Shown piece after piece: positions 51,179 to 62,720 of a DNA stretch of 64,000 bases (position 1 is the first letter of the stretch; each line of letters opens with the position of its first letter). The DNA comes from Minutocellus sp. GHC0000111 (lineage: Eukaryota), in the NCBI GenBank assembly GCA_977018835.1, contig OZ361258.1:1798001-1862000 (forward strand). Reading direction: 5' to 3'. The notes under the pieces were generated by a model that worked only from the letters and a program-made list of their open reading frames with translations, had not been told where the DNA came from and searched no databases. The position numbers and the translations under genes were made by a program.

Positions 51179-53263
51179 TTACTTGTGGAAGAACACAAAC
51201 GGGCCATTTTTCTCCGTGTTGGACTCATTGCTACTGCTTGTTTTCATCTCTTTTGCTCTCTTCTTGAATGGATTGATTGCCGCAAGAAAAATATTTTCTT
51301 GCTGTTTTGTTGTTTTCTTATCTTGCTCTTCACCCTTGAGCTTCGTCCATGCAACAAGTGGCTTTCCAGCTCGATAATATCGCTTTGATCCATCTTTTCG
51401 TTCAAAGAATGAAAACCTTACGGGCTCAGACGCCTGGTGCATCAAAGGTGACGCTGATACAGATGCACTCAGGAGCACAGATGAACCAGACCTCGTCGAT
51501 TCTCCTCTGCCAAGAGCTCTAGTCTCATCAGCAATACGCAGCATCCGCTCAAACGTTAGTCCTGCCCAATCTGGCCAAATAATCCCGCTTACACAGGCGA
51601 GCAAGCTTAAAACTCCCGGAGACGACGCGAAGAGTGCCCCGATAGCATTGACAAGAACGAGAAGAGAAATTGCCGACCCTGCGCGTTGGATAACCACACG
51701 AGTATCCATCAGCTCCGTGAGTTGGACTTTGATGCCAGCCAACAGCTCTTTCAGCTCCCCTTGCCGTTCCCCAGCAACAAGATCCCAGGTGGCGAAAAAT
51801 ACGCGGCGGACCCAGGCCCCAAAGTTCTGCAGATATTTAATGGCGGCATTTTTTGACACGCTATCCTTTCTCCTCTTCAATTGCCGTTTGTAGCTCTGTT
51901 CCTCGACCATCCACGCGGTACGAAGAGTGGCTAATATCTTGCGACCAACCTCGTTGTTTCTTTCCCACTGATCGAAGGATCGCTTACCTTGAACGAACCT
52001 GGTATTCCACGCATCAACCTTGTCAGTGATTCCAAGACGCCTATCCAAGTCTTCGTAACGTTTCCAGTAGTCATAAGATAGCTGCCCAGTCCGATACATG
52101 AACCACATTGCTGCGGCAAAATCATACACCTGAAGCCACTTCTTTGCGACCGATCTGCCAAGGTTGACAAGCAACTGTCCTACTGGTCCATCAGGATCGT
52201 TGGTGTCGTGAGCAATCGAAGCGCCATAGACACCTCCAGCAACCGCCCCAACCAGCCACAAGTTTCGGATTACGGATGCAGCCAAAAGAAGACCACAGAA
52301 CGCAGACACAAACAATGTTCCGATGCGAACGTCCTTATATGAAAGGACAGAGGGCTGTGGGAACGCAGTTTTGCTTCCCGACAGCGTATCGGAAAGCGCC
52401 ACATTTGATTTACCACGCTCAGATCCACTCATATTACTCCGGCTACCATCAGAAAGCAAATCTGACTTGCGAACATACCCTCCGTCAGCGAGTATTCTTT
52501 GAAGATCAGAGACTGTAATCGGCTTCGAGGGATCGAGCTCTTCCAAGCCACTCAGTTTTGGACTTGATGATGACAATTTCTGCTTTGGATCGGATGCCTT
52601 GGTAGCAGCACTTGATGGCCTCCTTGGTCTGTCACCACCGCTCGCCACTGGGTCTCTCCAATTCCCCCATGCTCCGATCCAATCATTGTTCATCTTCTTC
52701 ACGTCATTGGTACTTTTCCTGCTGCTCGGTGATTTGCCCGAGCGTCGTGGAATTTTTTGGTCTGCCGGTCGCTTCTTTGCTTTCGTGTCGGGTGGTGTAT
52801 TGAAGTGGGGTAGTGCCAATGCTTCGTCGTCAATTGAAAGCCTTGCGCTCGACGTCTTGGTGAAATTCAATGCACCCAGTGATGCCATCTCATGGTGATT
52901 TGAATGCTTAGGAGCATGATTGGTTTCGCTCTCATCGGCAGCAGCTGCACCGGCACCGCGATGACCCGCATGTTGTTTCTTTTTGGGGAGTCGGCCAATC
53001 TCTTCGAAACCTTTGGACCAATCAGACATTGCGCTTACTTTCGATCGGCATCGGTGACTACTACGAGTACCGATGGACGTTGAAACTGGAAAAACACGTG
53101 CCGAATAACATGGATGCTGTCGAGGTCCGCATGCTGGACACTCAAACGCAAACGTAGGTGACGCAGAAAGCAACGCAAGTGTACTCGCCGCAATTAGATT
53201 GCCGCCAGGCGCCGCAATAGGGCGGCGTCGCCTCCTTTTGCTGCTGGTACGAGTAGGCGACAT
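51179..53263 (-). CDS. Hypothetical membrane protein, probably plastid-targeted
   Basis: Long intronless ORF (track start 53431; M at 53263 preferred). Signal-like LIAASTLALLSASPTFAF; two hydrophobic hairpins (GTLFVSAFCGLLLAASV, LLVLVNAIGALF). Confidence 0.75.
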   Translation of the reverse strand: MSPTRTSSKRRRRRPIAAPGGNLIAASTLALLSASPTFAFECPACGPRQHPCYSARVFPVSTSIGTRSSHRCRSKVSAMSDWSKGFEEIGRLPKKKQHAGHRGAGAAAADESETNHAPKHSNHHEMASLGALNFTKTSSARLSIDDEALALPHFNTPPDTKAKKRPADQKIPRRSGKSPSSRKSTNDVKKMNNDWIGAWGNWRDPVASGGDRPRRPSSAATKASDPKQKLSSSSPKLSGLEELDPSKPITVSDLQRILADGGYVRKSDLLSDGSRSNMSGSERGKSNVALSDTLSGSKTAFPQPSVLSYKDVRIGTLFVSAFCGLLLAASVIRNLWLVGAVAGGVYGASIAHDTNDPDGPVGQLLVNLGRSVAKKWLQVYDFAAAMWFMYRTGQLSYDYWKRYEDLDRRLGITDKVDAWNTRFVQGKRSFDQWERNNEVGRKILATLRTAWMVEEQSYKRQLKRRKDSVSKNAAIKYLQNFGAWVRRVFFATWDLVAGERQGELKELLAGIKVQLTELMDTRVVIQRAGSAISLLVLVNAIGALFASSPGVLSLLACVSGIIWPDWAGLTFERMLRIADETRALGRGESTRSGSSVLLSASVSASPLMHQASEPVRFSFFERKDGSKRYYRAGKPLVAWTKLKGEEQDKKTTKQQENIFLAAINPFKKRAKEMKTSSSNESNTEKNGPFVFFHK

Positions 53264-53735
53264 CCGAGAGCGGAATGAGAGCAGAGGCAGCAGCAGCAGG
53301 CGGCGCAGCAGCAGCGATCGAGCGCGCGCGCGGCGGCCGGCACAGTGCGAGCCAGCCTCGCCACCAGTTCGAGCCTGCCATGTGTCGTGGTGGTGGTGGT
53401 GTCGTCCCGCCATGTGTCGTGTGAACGTCATTGATGACTGGCCCTGACAGAGATACGGTACCTACCTCTATGTAGATCTAGCTACGTGTAGCTACTAGCT
53501 AGACTACCTCGGTTGGTTTATGAATCAAGTCTATTATTTGTTTGGGTTCTTATTCAGCTAATGTAATATATTTTGCGGGCTTAGTTCTTTCTATTAGCGT
53601 TTCTTCTTTTGCATTTCTTTTTGATTTATTTGGAGTCCTTCCTTGCTTGCTTGCTCGCTCGCTCGCAGTCCACCTTCGAACGACAATTGCGAGCCTCCAT
53701 CCATATCTCCATTCATGTTCTCTGCAATGATGGGC

Positions 53736-56549
53736 CTAGAGGTTGTCCAAATAGGAGCCAGGTCCTGCCTTCTTTCCGGGAGGCGGACCGCCCGATCCCG
53801 GGAAGTAGGACTTCTGAGCCGGCGCATTCCGTACTGCCGGTTGCTGAGCCGGTGGGGCTACAGGGGCAGCTGCCGGGGGAGACACCTGAGCCGGCGGAGC
53901 AGCGGGAGTAACTGGAATAGCCGGAGCAGCAGGGGAAACAGGGGTCGGAGGGGGTAGAGTAGCGGGCGGAGGAACCGGAGGGGTACCCGATGCCGCCTTG
54001 GCAGCAGCCTCTTCTCTAGCCTTTGCCTCGGCTCGCAACTTGTTTGGCCCCTTTGGATATTTCGGCGCTTCTTTTCCAGAGGAGGCAGCGGCAGCAGCAG
54101 CAGCCGCATCTTCGGCATCTTTCTTCTCAGAAAATTTGGCAACTTCATCCTTTGCCTTGGCCAAAAGATCAGTGTTCTTCGACGTCTTTGGGGCATTGGT
54201 TGGAGCAGATCCTCGTGATTCCCCCAGTAGAAAGTCAACGAAACCATCAACGACCTTTTTGCCATCCTTTTCCTTCACCGCTTCGCCAATAGTCTTGTTG
54301 GCATCGGATTTGACCTGGGCCATATCCCTCTTTTTCTTCTTTTGTCCAATGATCTTTGGACCAAGGCTCGATGAGGACGAAGGTGACATGGCATTGTATG
54401 CAACAGCCGCTGCTGAGAATACAGCCACACCAGAAATAAGAGGTTGGGCAATATTTGCAGCGGCAGCTGTCCGAGCGACCTTCCTCGCCTGGGCAATTGC
54501 AACACGTTCTGCCTCTTTGTGATTAGCAGCGTCCTCCTTTGCCTGCTCTTGGGCTAGAGCTTCTTGCTTCGCTTTGTTGTACTGAGCTGCGATATTTCGA
54601 ACACGTTCGTTCTCTGCCTTGAATTCTGATCTCATCGCCGCATCTTTTGCTGCTACGATCTTATACTCTTGTGGAATCTTGGCCTCTTCTTCGGCACGGC
54701 GTCTAGCTTCAGCCGCAAGCTTTTCTTCCTGCTCAGCCCGAAGTTTTGCCTCAGTCGCAGCCTTCTCCTCTTGTGCCTTCCGCTCCAAGGCTAATTTGGC
54801 CTCCTGCTCAGCGCGAATCTTGGCTTCGGCGGCGGCCTTGGCCTCAGCTGCGGCCTTTTCTTCCCGGGCTTTGGTTTCAGCAGCAATGCGCTCCTCCAGC
54901 GCCTTCTTTTCGGCAGCAATTTTGGCTCTGGCAGCAGCTGCATCTCGTTCAGCTTGCTCCGCTCGTGCCTTCGCTTCTGCCGCAGCCTGTTCTTGCTTCG
55001 CCTTTGCCTCAGCGGCCAGGCGCTCTTGCTCTGCCTTTTCAGCGGCAGCCTACGGAGAATGTGTATTGACGAACAAAGGATTGAACGAAAATGAGAAATA
55101 ATACAACAAAACGCTGGTACTAGTATGATAAGAGAAAGCGAGAAAGTCACACCACAGGCCACAAACGCATGCAAACAAATATCACACCTTTTGAGCAGCG
55201 GCAGCTTCTGCTGCCTCCTTCTCTCTCTGAGCTCTTGCCTCTGGCCCGTCCGGATACAGCTTCACCCTATACTCCGCAGCCTCTCGTGCAGCCTTTTCCG
55301 CTCTGGCTCTGGCCTCTCGCGCAGCCTTGGCGAATTGTTCTTTCTCAGCAGCCTTCATTCGTTCCGCGGTGGCCTGGTCAATTACCGGGGCTGCAGGCGG
55401 AACACTATCAGGCGCAACAGGCGCCGACGGTGGTAGCGATGGGGGCGGTGGTGTTCCCTTGTCAACCTTTTCAGCCATCACTTTGGTTGCCTCTTGCTCC
55501 TGCGGGGTCAAGATGGCAGGTTTGCTTGATACCGTCGCAGGAGAGGCTGGCGTCGAGAGCGCCTTGATGTTCTGCTTGGCGAAGTTGGCGACGGGACCAT
55601 TGGCAACAGCGGCAACGAGGCCGACTCCAAGAGATGCAGCAGCTCCGAAAGCAAATGCTGACTGCGAATATTTGTCACAGATGAAAGAGAGCGAAATAAA
55701 ACACAATAAGAAGGGTTGTTGTGTGCATATTTTACCAACGACACAAGACAGTCTCAGATGAATAGATCATGCCATTCTACACACATACAATTGGTTTGAT
55801 ACAAAGCTTGCCAAACGAGATTCCAATCTACTCACCCCATTCGCATCCTTCTTGCTTTCAATCTCTGCCAAGCGACGGGCCAATTCCCTTTCCTCCCTCG
55901 CCTTCTGTAAGATTATCTGCTTTCTTTCCTCCTCCAATTTCTCTCAGCGTGTAAGGTAAGCTCTTCCAGCGCCGATGGCAGCGACAGGCGTTAACGGAAC
56001 AATGAGCGAATTGATTGGTTTGGATAAATCGATTCCTCCGGTGCTGGGGGCATTGCTAGCACTTCGACGCCTAGAAGTATTGGCAGAATTTTTGGATTCT
56101 TCCTTGGCCTTGGATTTGGACTCCTCCTCTCGTTCGGCTCTGGTCTTTTCCTTTTGGGCCCTAGATTCTTGATCTGCCCTCTTCTTGGCCTCCCTGGCCT
56201 CAGCTCTGGATTTGTCCTTTGCAGCCCTTTGCTGTGCCTTGGCCTCTTGCTCTGCCTTGGTCTTTTCGGCTCGCTCACGTTTCTTCTTTTCCTTCCCATT
56301 GGCATCTTCCGAGTCGAACAGATCGCCAACGTCCAGATTGTACTGGCCAAGCTTTGCACGGAGTGCTGATGGTGCTTGAAGACCTTGGGCATTTGTTCGA
56401 ATTACAGCTGGCGCCGACGATTGCGATCCAAGCATCACGTCCGCATGCCTCGACGGTTGGAATCCAGAGACCATGGTCGCCGATGGCGGTACCGCCACCA
56501 GGACCGCACTGGTCGTAAGGAGGACCTTGCATGCCACCGAAAGACGCAT
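53736..56549 (-). CDS. Plastid-targeted Ala/Glu/Lys-rich coiled-coil membrane protein ending in GSYLDNL; in-frame TGA at 55946-55944
   Basis: Leader MRLSVACKVLLTTSAVLV..VSG-F. Exons 56549-55836, 55661-55188 and 55049-53736 (phase-0 GT..AG introns). The frame continues past the TGA (YLTR*EKLEEERKQ..DANG|SAFAF). Confidence 0.75.
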
Positions 56550-57038
56550 ATTTTCACTCTCGACGAAAAGGGCCGGCGATGCAGTGATCTTCGATGCACT
56601 AATATGGCTGGCAGCACCTTTGCTTGCGATGGAGGCCACTTACCAACGTCGGTGGGAGGTTATTGGAGGAAGCTGAAGGAAATCCAAGCAGCCTCATCGG
56701 CGCTGACGTTTGTTCTCTGGAAATCTGGTTCGTCCGTCGCCCATGCCTTGTGATTTCTTTTTTGCATCATGCATCGTCATTTCGGCAACATTTATTTGAG
56801 CAGCACTGCCGCGGCGAGAGGCTACATGGAGTTGAGGGTTGGTACATGCAAGGATGATCTCTAAATATCCATTATGTATCAGTACTATGTAAGGCAACGA
56901 GCTGCGTTGGGAGAGGAGTATCTATCTCTAGGGCCAACGCCTCAATGTCTCCTTATGCCTTCAAACCTTAATGTTGGCAAAGAAATAAATCATTGAAATA
57001 TGAACACTGCAATCAATAGAGCGATGGTCTCCTCTTGC

Positions 57039-58445
57039 TTACTGACCAGGCTGGAAAGCAGCTGTGCTCGTAGCAGTGTTTTCAGAAGAAGATTTGCTGG
57101 TAAAGGCATTGCCATTATGAACGAGGCCAAACGTAACGTGTACGGGATTGCGCACACTGTCACACACAGGGCTCATACTGGGCATCTTCTTGTAAAACTC
57201 GAGGAGCTCTTCGTTTGTCTTTCCTCCGGCACGAGCAGTCATGTCAGCAACGATGTACTTGTAACTGGGACGAACATGGTCGTTCAGGTCCATGAAGCCT
57301 TGTAGGTCTAGAAATAATTGGAGAGGGACGAAATATTGAGAAATTCTGTACTACATTGTTCTAGCAAAGGCATCCAATCGCAATCTGCTGATCTACAGCA
57401 TGTGTCACAAATAATGGTACTTACCCACATCGCCACGGAAATCAAGCTTGAAATCCTCAACGGGGATTCCAAGAACGCCGGCATGGTAGGACTGGCATAC
57501 CGAAATGCAATTCCCTACGCCATGAAGCATAGTCTCGGTAGGACCTGGTCCGGCATCTTCACCAAGAAGAACGGGTGGTTCATCAGCCTCCAACACAAGA
57601 GGTTCGTCGCGAGTATGGAAGGTTCCGCTATCGGCAGGAATCTCACATTTTTGAAAGGTCGACTTGACCTTGGCGCCACCGCACCATTGCGTATGAGCGA
57701 AGAACTTGGCCATAACATTGTTTGGATCGGTCTTGGCGGCTTCGACTGTATTGATGAGACCCTCGTAGCTCACGCCGTGGCGATCCTCGTCATCCTCATT
57801 ATAGGCTGGGGCGCCGCTGTTTTCAACGTGGAAATTGAATTTGATGGGGACAGCATTGCGAACAGACTGGACGACCGGAGAACGGCCCTGGGCATAGTTG
57901 AAGAGGTCGGCAACTTCTTCGGTTGTGGCTGGACTTTCGATCGACGCTTGGAGATGGATGTGCTTGAAACCAGGCCTGACACGTGGATTCAGACCGAGGA
58001 AGCCTTCGAGGTTGACAATACCAGACGAATCGATGGCGATGATGGGAATGCCCCTGACCGCGCCGTGGTATGCCGTCGTGACGGTGAGACAATGGGCCAT
58101 CGAGTGAAGGAGCGTATCCGTTGGGCCTTGGTACAGCCCCTTGCCCAAGAGAGCAACGGGCTCGTCTCCTCCCCATCGATGAGGGACTTGGCGATCCGAA
58201 TTGATCCCGTTCTGCTTGTGACCAGAAAAGGTCGACTCGACGACGGCACCCTCCTTCCATTGCGTCGAGCAGCGGAACTCGAACGAACCTAGGGATGGTT
58301 CGCTGGCCACAGCTTCGACTGTTTTGACGAGAGATTCGACATCCACGCCGTTCATGTTTGTGGCTTTGTCGTCGTCGGCAGCAGCACCATCAGTTCCGGC
58401 GAATGTGTTGTTGCAAGGATCGGTAGTGGCTTGAACTTGAGCCAT
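57039..58445 (-). CDS. Tandem two-domain OsmC/Ohr-family protein
   Basis: Two copies of DEPxxLLGxxxGPxxxLLHxxxxC ... (N/D)LxGFxxL...VRPx(F/Y) ... SPVxxSVRNxV. Intron 57424-57308 joins DV|DLQGFMDL. Confidence 0.85.
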
Positions 58446-58809
58446 GATTGCAAAGAAGCAGCGGAGATCAAGGAATTGCAGAATTCTTTCGGATGAGTAT
58501 CTTTCTTGGAACTATGAGAGAGATCGTTGATGCCGAGGCGCTTTTCCGTCTGCCGAACTCGGAAAGCCTTCCTGCACAGCACACCGACGCGACCAGTTCA
58601 CTTAGTTACGAGGGCTCTTAGTTGCTGAACTCGTGAACTGCGAACCATGGGGCTGCGAACCGGCCATGTGTTTTATCATTTCTTCTTTCATCATCCATCG
58701 TCATTCCGAATGACACATGAGATGTGCCGTTTTCATTCAGCCATTCGATCCAGATTCGATCCCGTGCGTATCTTCTGCTCTCGACTCTCTAAGAATTACG
58801 CGTGCCACC

Positions 58810-60348
58810 ATGGCGACCCAGATCGACTGGTGCGAGATATGCGAGGAGGTTTCCACCCACGCCAAGATATGTGAGGTGTGCGGCGAGGATCTCGTGGAAC
58901 GCCCTGCCGAGAGCAGCGGCTCGGGCGCTACCGGTTCCGCCACCGCTGCTGCCGCTTCGGGTTCCGCCGCTGATGCCGCCGCTGCTGCTGCTGCCGCCGG
59001 CGCAAGCATGAGCCAGGAGGAGGCGGCCACGATACTTTCCGCGGTCGAAGCGCACCGGATCGGCTCGGCATCCGCAGCTGCGGCGACGGCTTTTTCGGAC
59101 GAGGGACCGTCCATCACATCGGTGGCACAATCGTGGGCGACGCAGGATCAGGAACTTCTCCTCGAGGCGGTCCGAACGGCCACCGGCAATATCGCCACCG
59201 GCGACGCCGGCGGGGACGGAGGCGAATGGCAGGCCCCACCACCGGAGGCGATGAATCCATCGGCAGCATCCGGCAAGGACCGACCAACCAGCAAGGAGTG
59301 CATCGAACGTATTCCCCGCATCGCGGTCGGCCCGCACTCCTCCATCCTTCACGAGTGCTGCATCACCGTCCAACCTCCCGTCATGTGCGGTCCGTTCGGC
59401 GGTTGTGGTGGCAGAGCCGGCAACCCCATCAAGCGCAAGGTCCACACGTACGACAGCGCTGTCGTGGCCGAATTTGGCCCGGCACCGCCGTACACCCAAA
59501 AGGGACGGCTGGTGCTGTGCCATCCAGCCAGCGGCAAGGGGGGATTGGAGCCGACCACCTTCGCCAGTCTTTCTGCCAACTCCAACTATCCGACCATTGC
59601 GTACTTGGAGAGGGGCGATGGGGTCACGTTCGTGAGGAAGGCACTGATGGCCCAGGAAGCCGGTGCGTCGGCGGTGATCATTGGCAACAATTGCGGCGTG
59701 TGGCCGTACGTTATGCAGGATTCGGCTGATGAGGCCAGAAAGGGAGTCAAGATGGGCAACCTCAAGAGCGACGTTGATGACGACGACGGTGGTGATGATA
59801 GCCCAGGTGGTGATGATACTAATCAAAAGAGCGATGCTAAGGGGGGAGACGAAGAAAAGAAGAATTCGTCGGAGGCGAAAGATAAAGATGGCGATGGAGA
59901 TGGCGATGGAAAGGAAGCTAAACAAGACGAGACGGCAAAGAAGGAAGAGGAAGACATCTCCACCCTCACGATACCGGTGGTGATGGTGAAGAGGTCGGAT
60001 GGCAACTACATCCGCAAGTTACTCGAACAAAGTCCGGGATGTACCACTCGCTGCACAATTGCGGCCAAGGTGCTGGGGGAGAAAGGAGGATGCATCATTT
60101 GCACGGATAAATTCGCTGTTGGAGACACGGTGATGCGCTTGCCATTCTGCAGCCATTGCTTTCACGAGAAGTGCGCCCTTACGTGGTTGAAGAAGCACAA
60201 TACCTGTCCCATGTGCCGAAGAGAGCTGCCCACGGACGACGAGGAATATGAGAGCCGGCGGAGGGCCGAGGGCCGATCTCACGCAGCAGCGGCCTCCAAC
60301 GACTCTGCTGGTCTTGATGTAAGTCAATGGGAGAGCTTATTCGGATAG
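58810..60348 (+). CDS. RING-H2 E3 ubiquitin ligase with N-terminal Zn ribbon and PA domain
   Basis: CEIC..CEVC; PA motif YLERGDGVTFVRKALMAQEAGASAVIIGN..TIPVVMV; RING CIIC..LPFCSHCFHEKCALTWLKKHNTCPMCR. Confidence 0.9.
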   Translation: MATQIDWCEICEEVSTHAKICEVCGEDLVERPAESSGSGATGSATAAAASGSAADAAAAAAAAGASMSQEEAATILSAVEAHRIGSASAAAATAFSDEGPSITSVAQSWATQDQELLLEAVRTATGNIATGDAGGDGGEWQAPPPEAMNPSAASGKDRPTSKECIERIPRIAVGPHSSILHECCITVQPPVMCGPFGGCGGRAGNPIKRKVHTYDSAVVAEFGPAPPYTQKGRLVLCHPASGKGGLEPTTFASLSANSNYPTIAYLERGDGVTFVRKALMAQEAGASAVIIGNNCGVWPYVMQDSADEARKGVKMGNLKSDVDDDDGGDDSPGGDDTNQKSDAKGGDEEKKNSSEAKDKDGDGDGDGKEAKQDETAKKEEEDISTLTIPVVMVKRSDGNYIRKLLEQSPGCTTRCTIAAKVLGEKGGCIICTDKFAVGDTVMRLPFCSHCFHEKCALTWLKKHNTCPMCRRELPTDDEEYESRRRAEGRSHAAAASNDSAGLDVSQWESLFG

Positions 60349-60699
60349 GGACATGCTCAACTACTTGGGTTCCTCGTATTCTGGCGCAGTTACACGCGGT
60401 TTAGGTGATGGAAGGAAGCAATAGCTCATTATAGCATAATTATGTAATTATGTAGATCTCTCTATATTATACATGTATATGCGTTATACAAAGAAATTAG
60501 AGGAGTTCACCCGTGCTGCCAGACAAGTCCTTCACACTCTTGGCCATGGAAGGCTGGCACGTGTAGGCACTGCAGGATAGAAACAGCTGGGTTCGAGGGT
60601 TGACGAACCAAATCTGTTGACACTGCCCCGTACCAAATTCACTCACAGTTAGGACTGACTGCTGCCGAGCCTTGGTAAGGCGAAAGCATCCTGCGCAGG

Positions 60700-61477
60700 A
60701 GTCCGATCGGAAGAGCGTCGAGTCCTCCTGAAGAGAACAGGAATGATGCGAACTCCAAGCCTTCAAATGGCCGCGATTTAGGACGGCAAATCCCTTGATG
60801 CCAATGACATAGATGTCGTCTTCGGCGTCCAGAGTTAGCTTTCTGGACATTTCTCGCATATCTCTTTGCAGCCAAAAGACTGGCAGGACAAAGGGAAGTA
60901 CCACCGATGCCATCGCGGACAGTTTCTTATCCAGCTTCAGGGTGTCTCTTGCTCGTTGGATGACGTTGGGATCGGCACGAATAACCGCAGTTGCTACAAA
61001 GTCGTTGGGAACCTGGTGAAATTTCCTGAGTATGTCCGTTGCATCCTTTTTTGTTGTGCAAATGATCTCCTCCTCCATCGGAGGATGTATCACTCTCGTC
61101 AAAAGTGCTGCCGCATGTATCCACAAATGCAGAGTTGGGACTCGAAAACCTTTTTCCTCTGCGAATTTTCTGCTCGTCTTGTCCTCGCCGACGAGGATCT
61201 TTGCCTCAAGCCCAAGTCGGATCTCGTTGGATTAGCTCACACTTTCCTTCCTCATGATGAGGAGGGATTTGCCACCGAAATCTGCCACCATTCGGACGAT
61301 TTCGTCAAGGTGAAGATTGCTGGATTGGACTCCGAGCAGAGGCAGTCCTTGCGAGCAAAATTGGAGGCTGAGGCAAAGGCAGTGCTTGGAAACGCCAAGG
61401 AAATAGAGGATGAATATGAAGAAGCTTGTTTGTCCAATGAGGACGAGTTTGAGGAACCATCTGAGCTGAGTGGATGA
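60700..61477 (+). pseudogene. Degenerate coding remnant of unknown type
   Basis: The frame of ORF 60866-61477 has a protein-like acidic C-terminus and extends upstream through TAG codons at about 60779 and 60836; no start identified. Confidence 0.25.
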
Positions 61478-61645
61478 ATCCGAAGTAAATTTGTGGAACA
61501 GATTTCTCTACGACTAGATGTGTTACAGCGATCAAACCTTCGTAGCACTCCTGCGCATCGACTAAACTATGCAACTAAAAGATAGATACATGTAGGTTCA
61601 CATTAGACTAGGCAAGTACATGTAGGTTGAGCATGGCCACGACGG

Positions 61646-61685
61646 TGGTCAAAATGTGTTTTTTCGAAAAAACATATTTTGACCA
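61646..61685. repeat. 40-bp near-perfect palindrome
   Basis: TGGTCAAAATGTGTTTTTTC|GAAAAAACATATTTTGACCA, one mismatch. Confidence 0.9.
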
Positions 61686-61829
61686 AATGTAGCCCGGAAA
61701 TCGAAAAGTCGTCGAAAAGTGGCGTCGACGCGCGGCCGACTACTACTGCAGTACCAAGGCTTGCACTGGAACGTCTTGAAAAGTCTCAATATATTTGTCA
61801 TATCTCTATGTTACATGCATTGCTTCGCT

Positions 61830-62590
61830 TCAATCATCACAAAGAAGTTGACGGCATTTCCAAAAAAGATCAGATCGTGAAATCAGGGTGCCACTGCCAT
61901 CTTTGACACTGAAAAGTTGCACATCCCAAAAATCGATCCAAATTTGATTTGACGTGGGACGGGGATCGCAATCGAAAGGCTCGTTTTCAAAGCTGCTCAA
62001 CTTTGCGACATTGATGAACGAAACTGCGGCACAAATCTCCCCTCCCTCCTCTTCGGCCTGGAACGTATACTTGACCGCACCGCTTCGATCTCCTACGTGC
62101 TGGACCAATGTTTGGGTTATTTTCAATGGGGTCCGATGAAGCACCGTGGTGGAAGAAGGGCCACCTTCAGGATGGTATCTCACGGCCTTGAGCGTTATCA
62201 AAAAAGGTGGTCCAGCGAGGAAAGGGATGGGAGGCTACAAGCCCCGCCCTCCTGATCGGCGGCAAACACACCATCTCCAAAACCCTGCGGATACTCGTCA
62301 TTCGAGAAATTGAGGCCTTCCAGATCTTCCAAAATAATAATCATCCTCCCGTATGAGTCTTTCTCGCAGCCACGAAAGTGTTTGACGAGGTACGGTTCTT
62401 CCATCAAGGTCGATGTTGTGTTGACTCCCATGTGATCGTCGAGGCGGGGCAATATGACCTTGTCGCATCTGGGACAGGTGCATCTAGGAGCAAAGACCCT
62501 CTGTGCCGCGATGTGTTGTTGATTTTTCTCACTATCTGTCAATGCGGCGACCTTGTTGGGTGCAACACCTTTCCCTGTTTCCGATTGCAT
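61830..62590 (-). CDS. Hypothetical protein with CxxC..HxxxC motif; frameshift in a T-run at about 62200
   Basis: ORFs 62198-62599 and 61830-62201 join (LDHLF-LITLKAV) if one T is added to the T6 run. Confidence 0.45.
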
Positions 62591-62720
62591 GAAAAGCACA
62601 TACGTCAGTTGTTTCAGAGATGTTTATAGATGGTAAAAATCAATCAATGTAGAAAGACTTTATGTGTGTTCATGCATGTAACATGCACACGCACACGCAT
62701 GCAACGTGCCTCCAAGCCAA

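Noticed and set aside
3547..55946. Stop-codon reassignment or systematic readthrough explaining the in-frame TAG/TGA codons
   Set aside because: The interrupted positions imply different amino acids (Q, W, R, G/R), and TAA, TAG and TGA all terminate intact genes in the window. Point mutation or error is simpler.
57318..59925. Antisense ORFs 57318-58292 (+) and 58789-59925 (-), and similar shadows at 16327-17238, 5576-6313 and 907-1692
   Set aside because: They mirror real high-GC3 genes on the other strand and have no motifs of their own.
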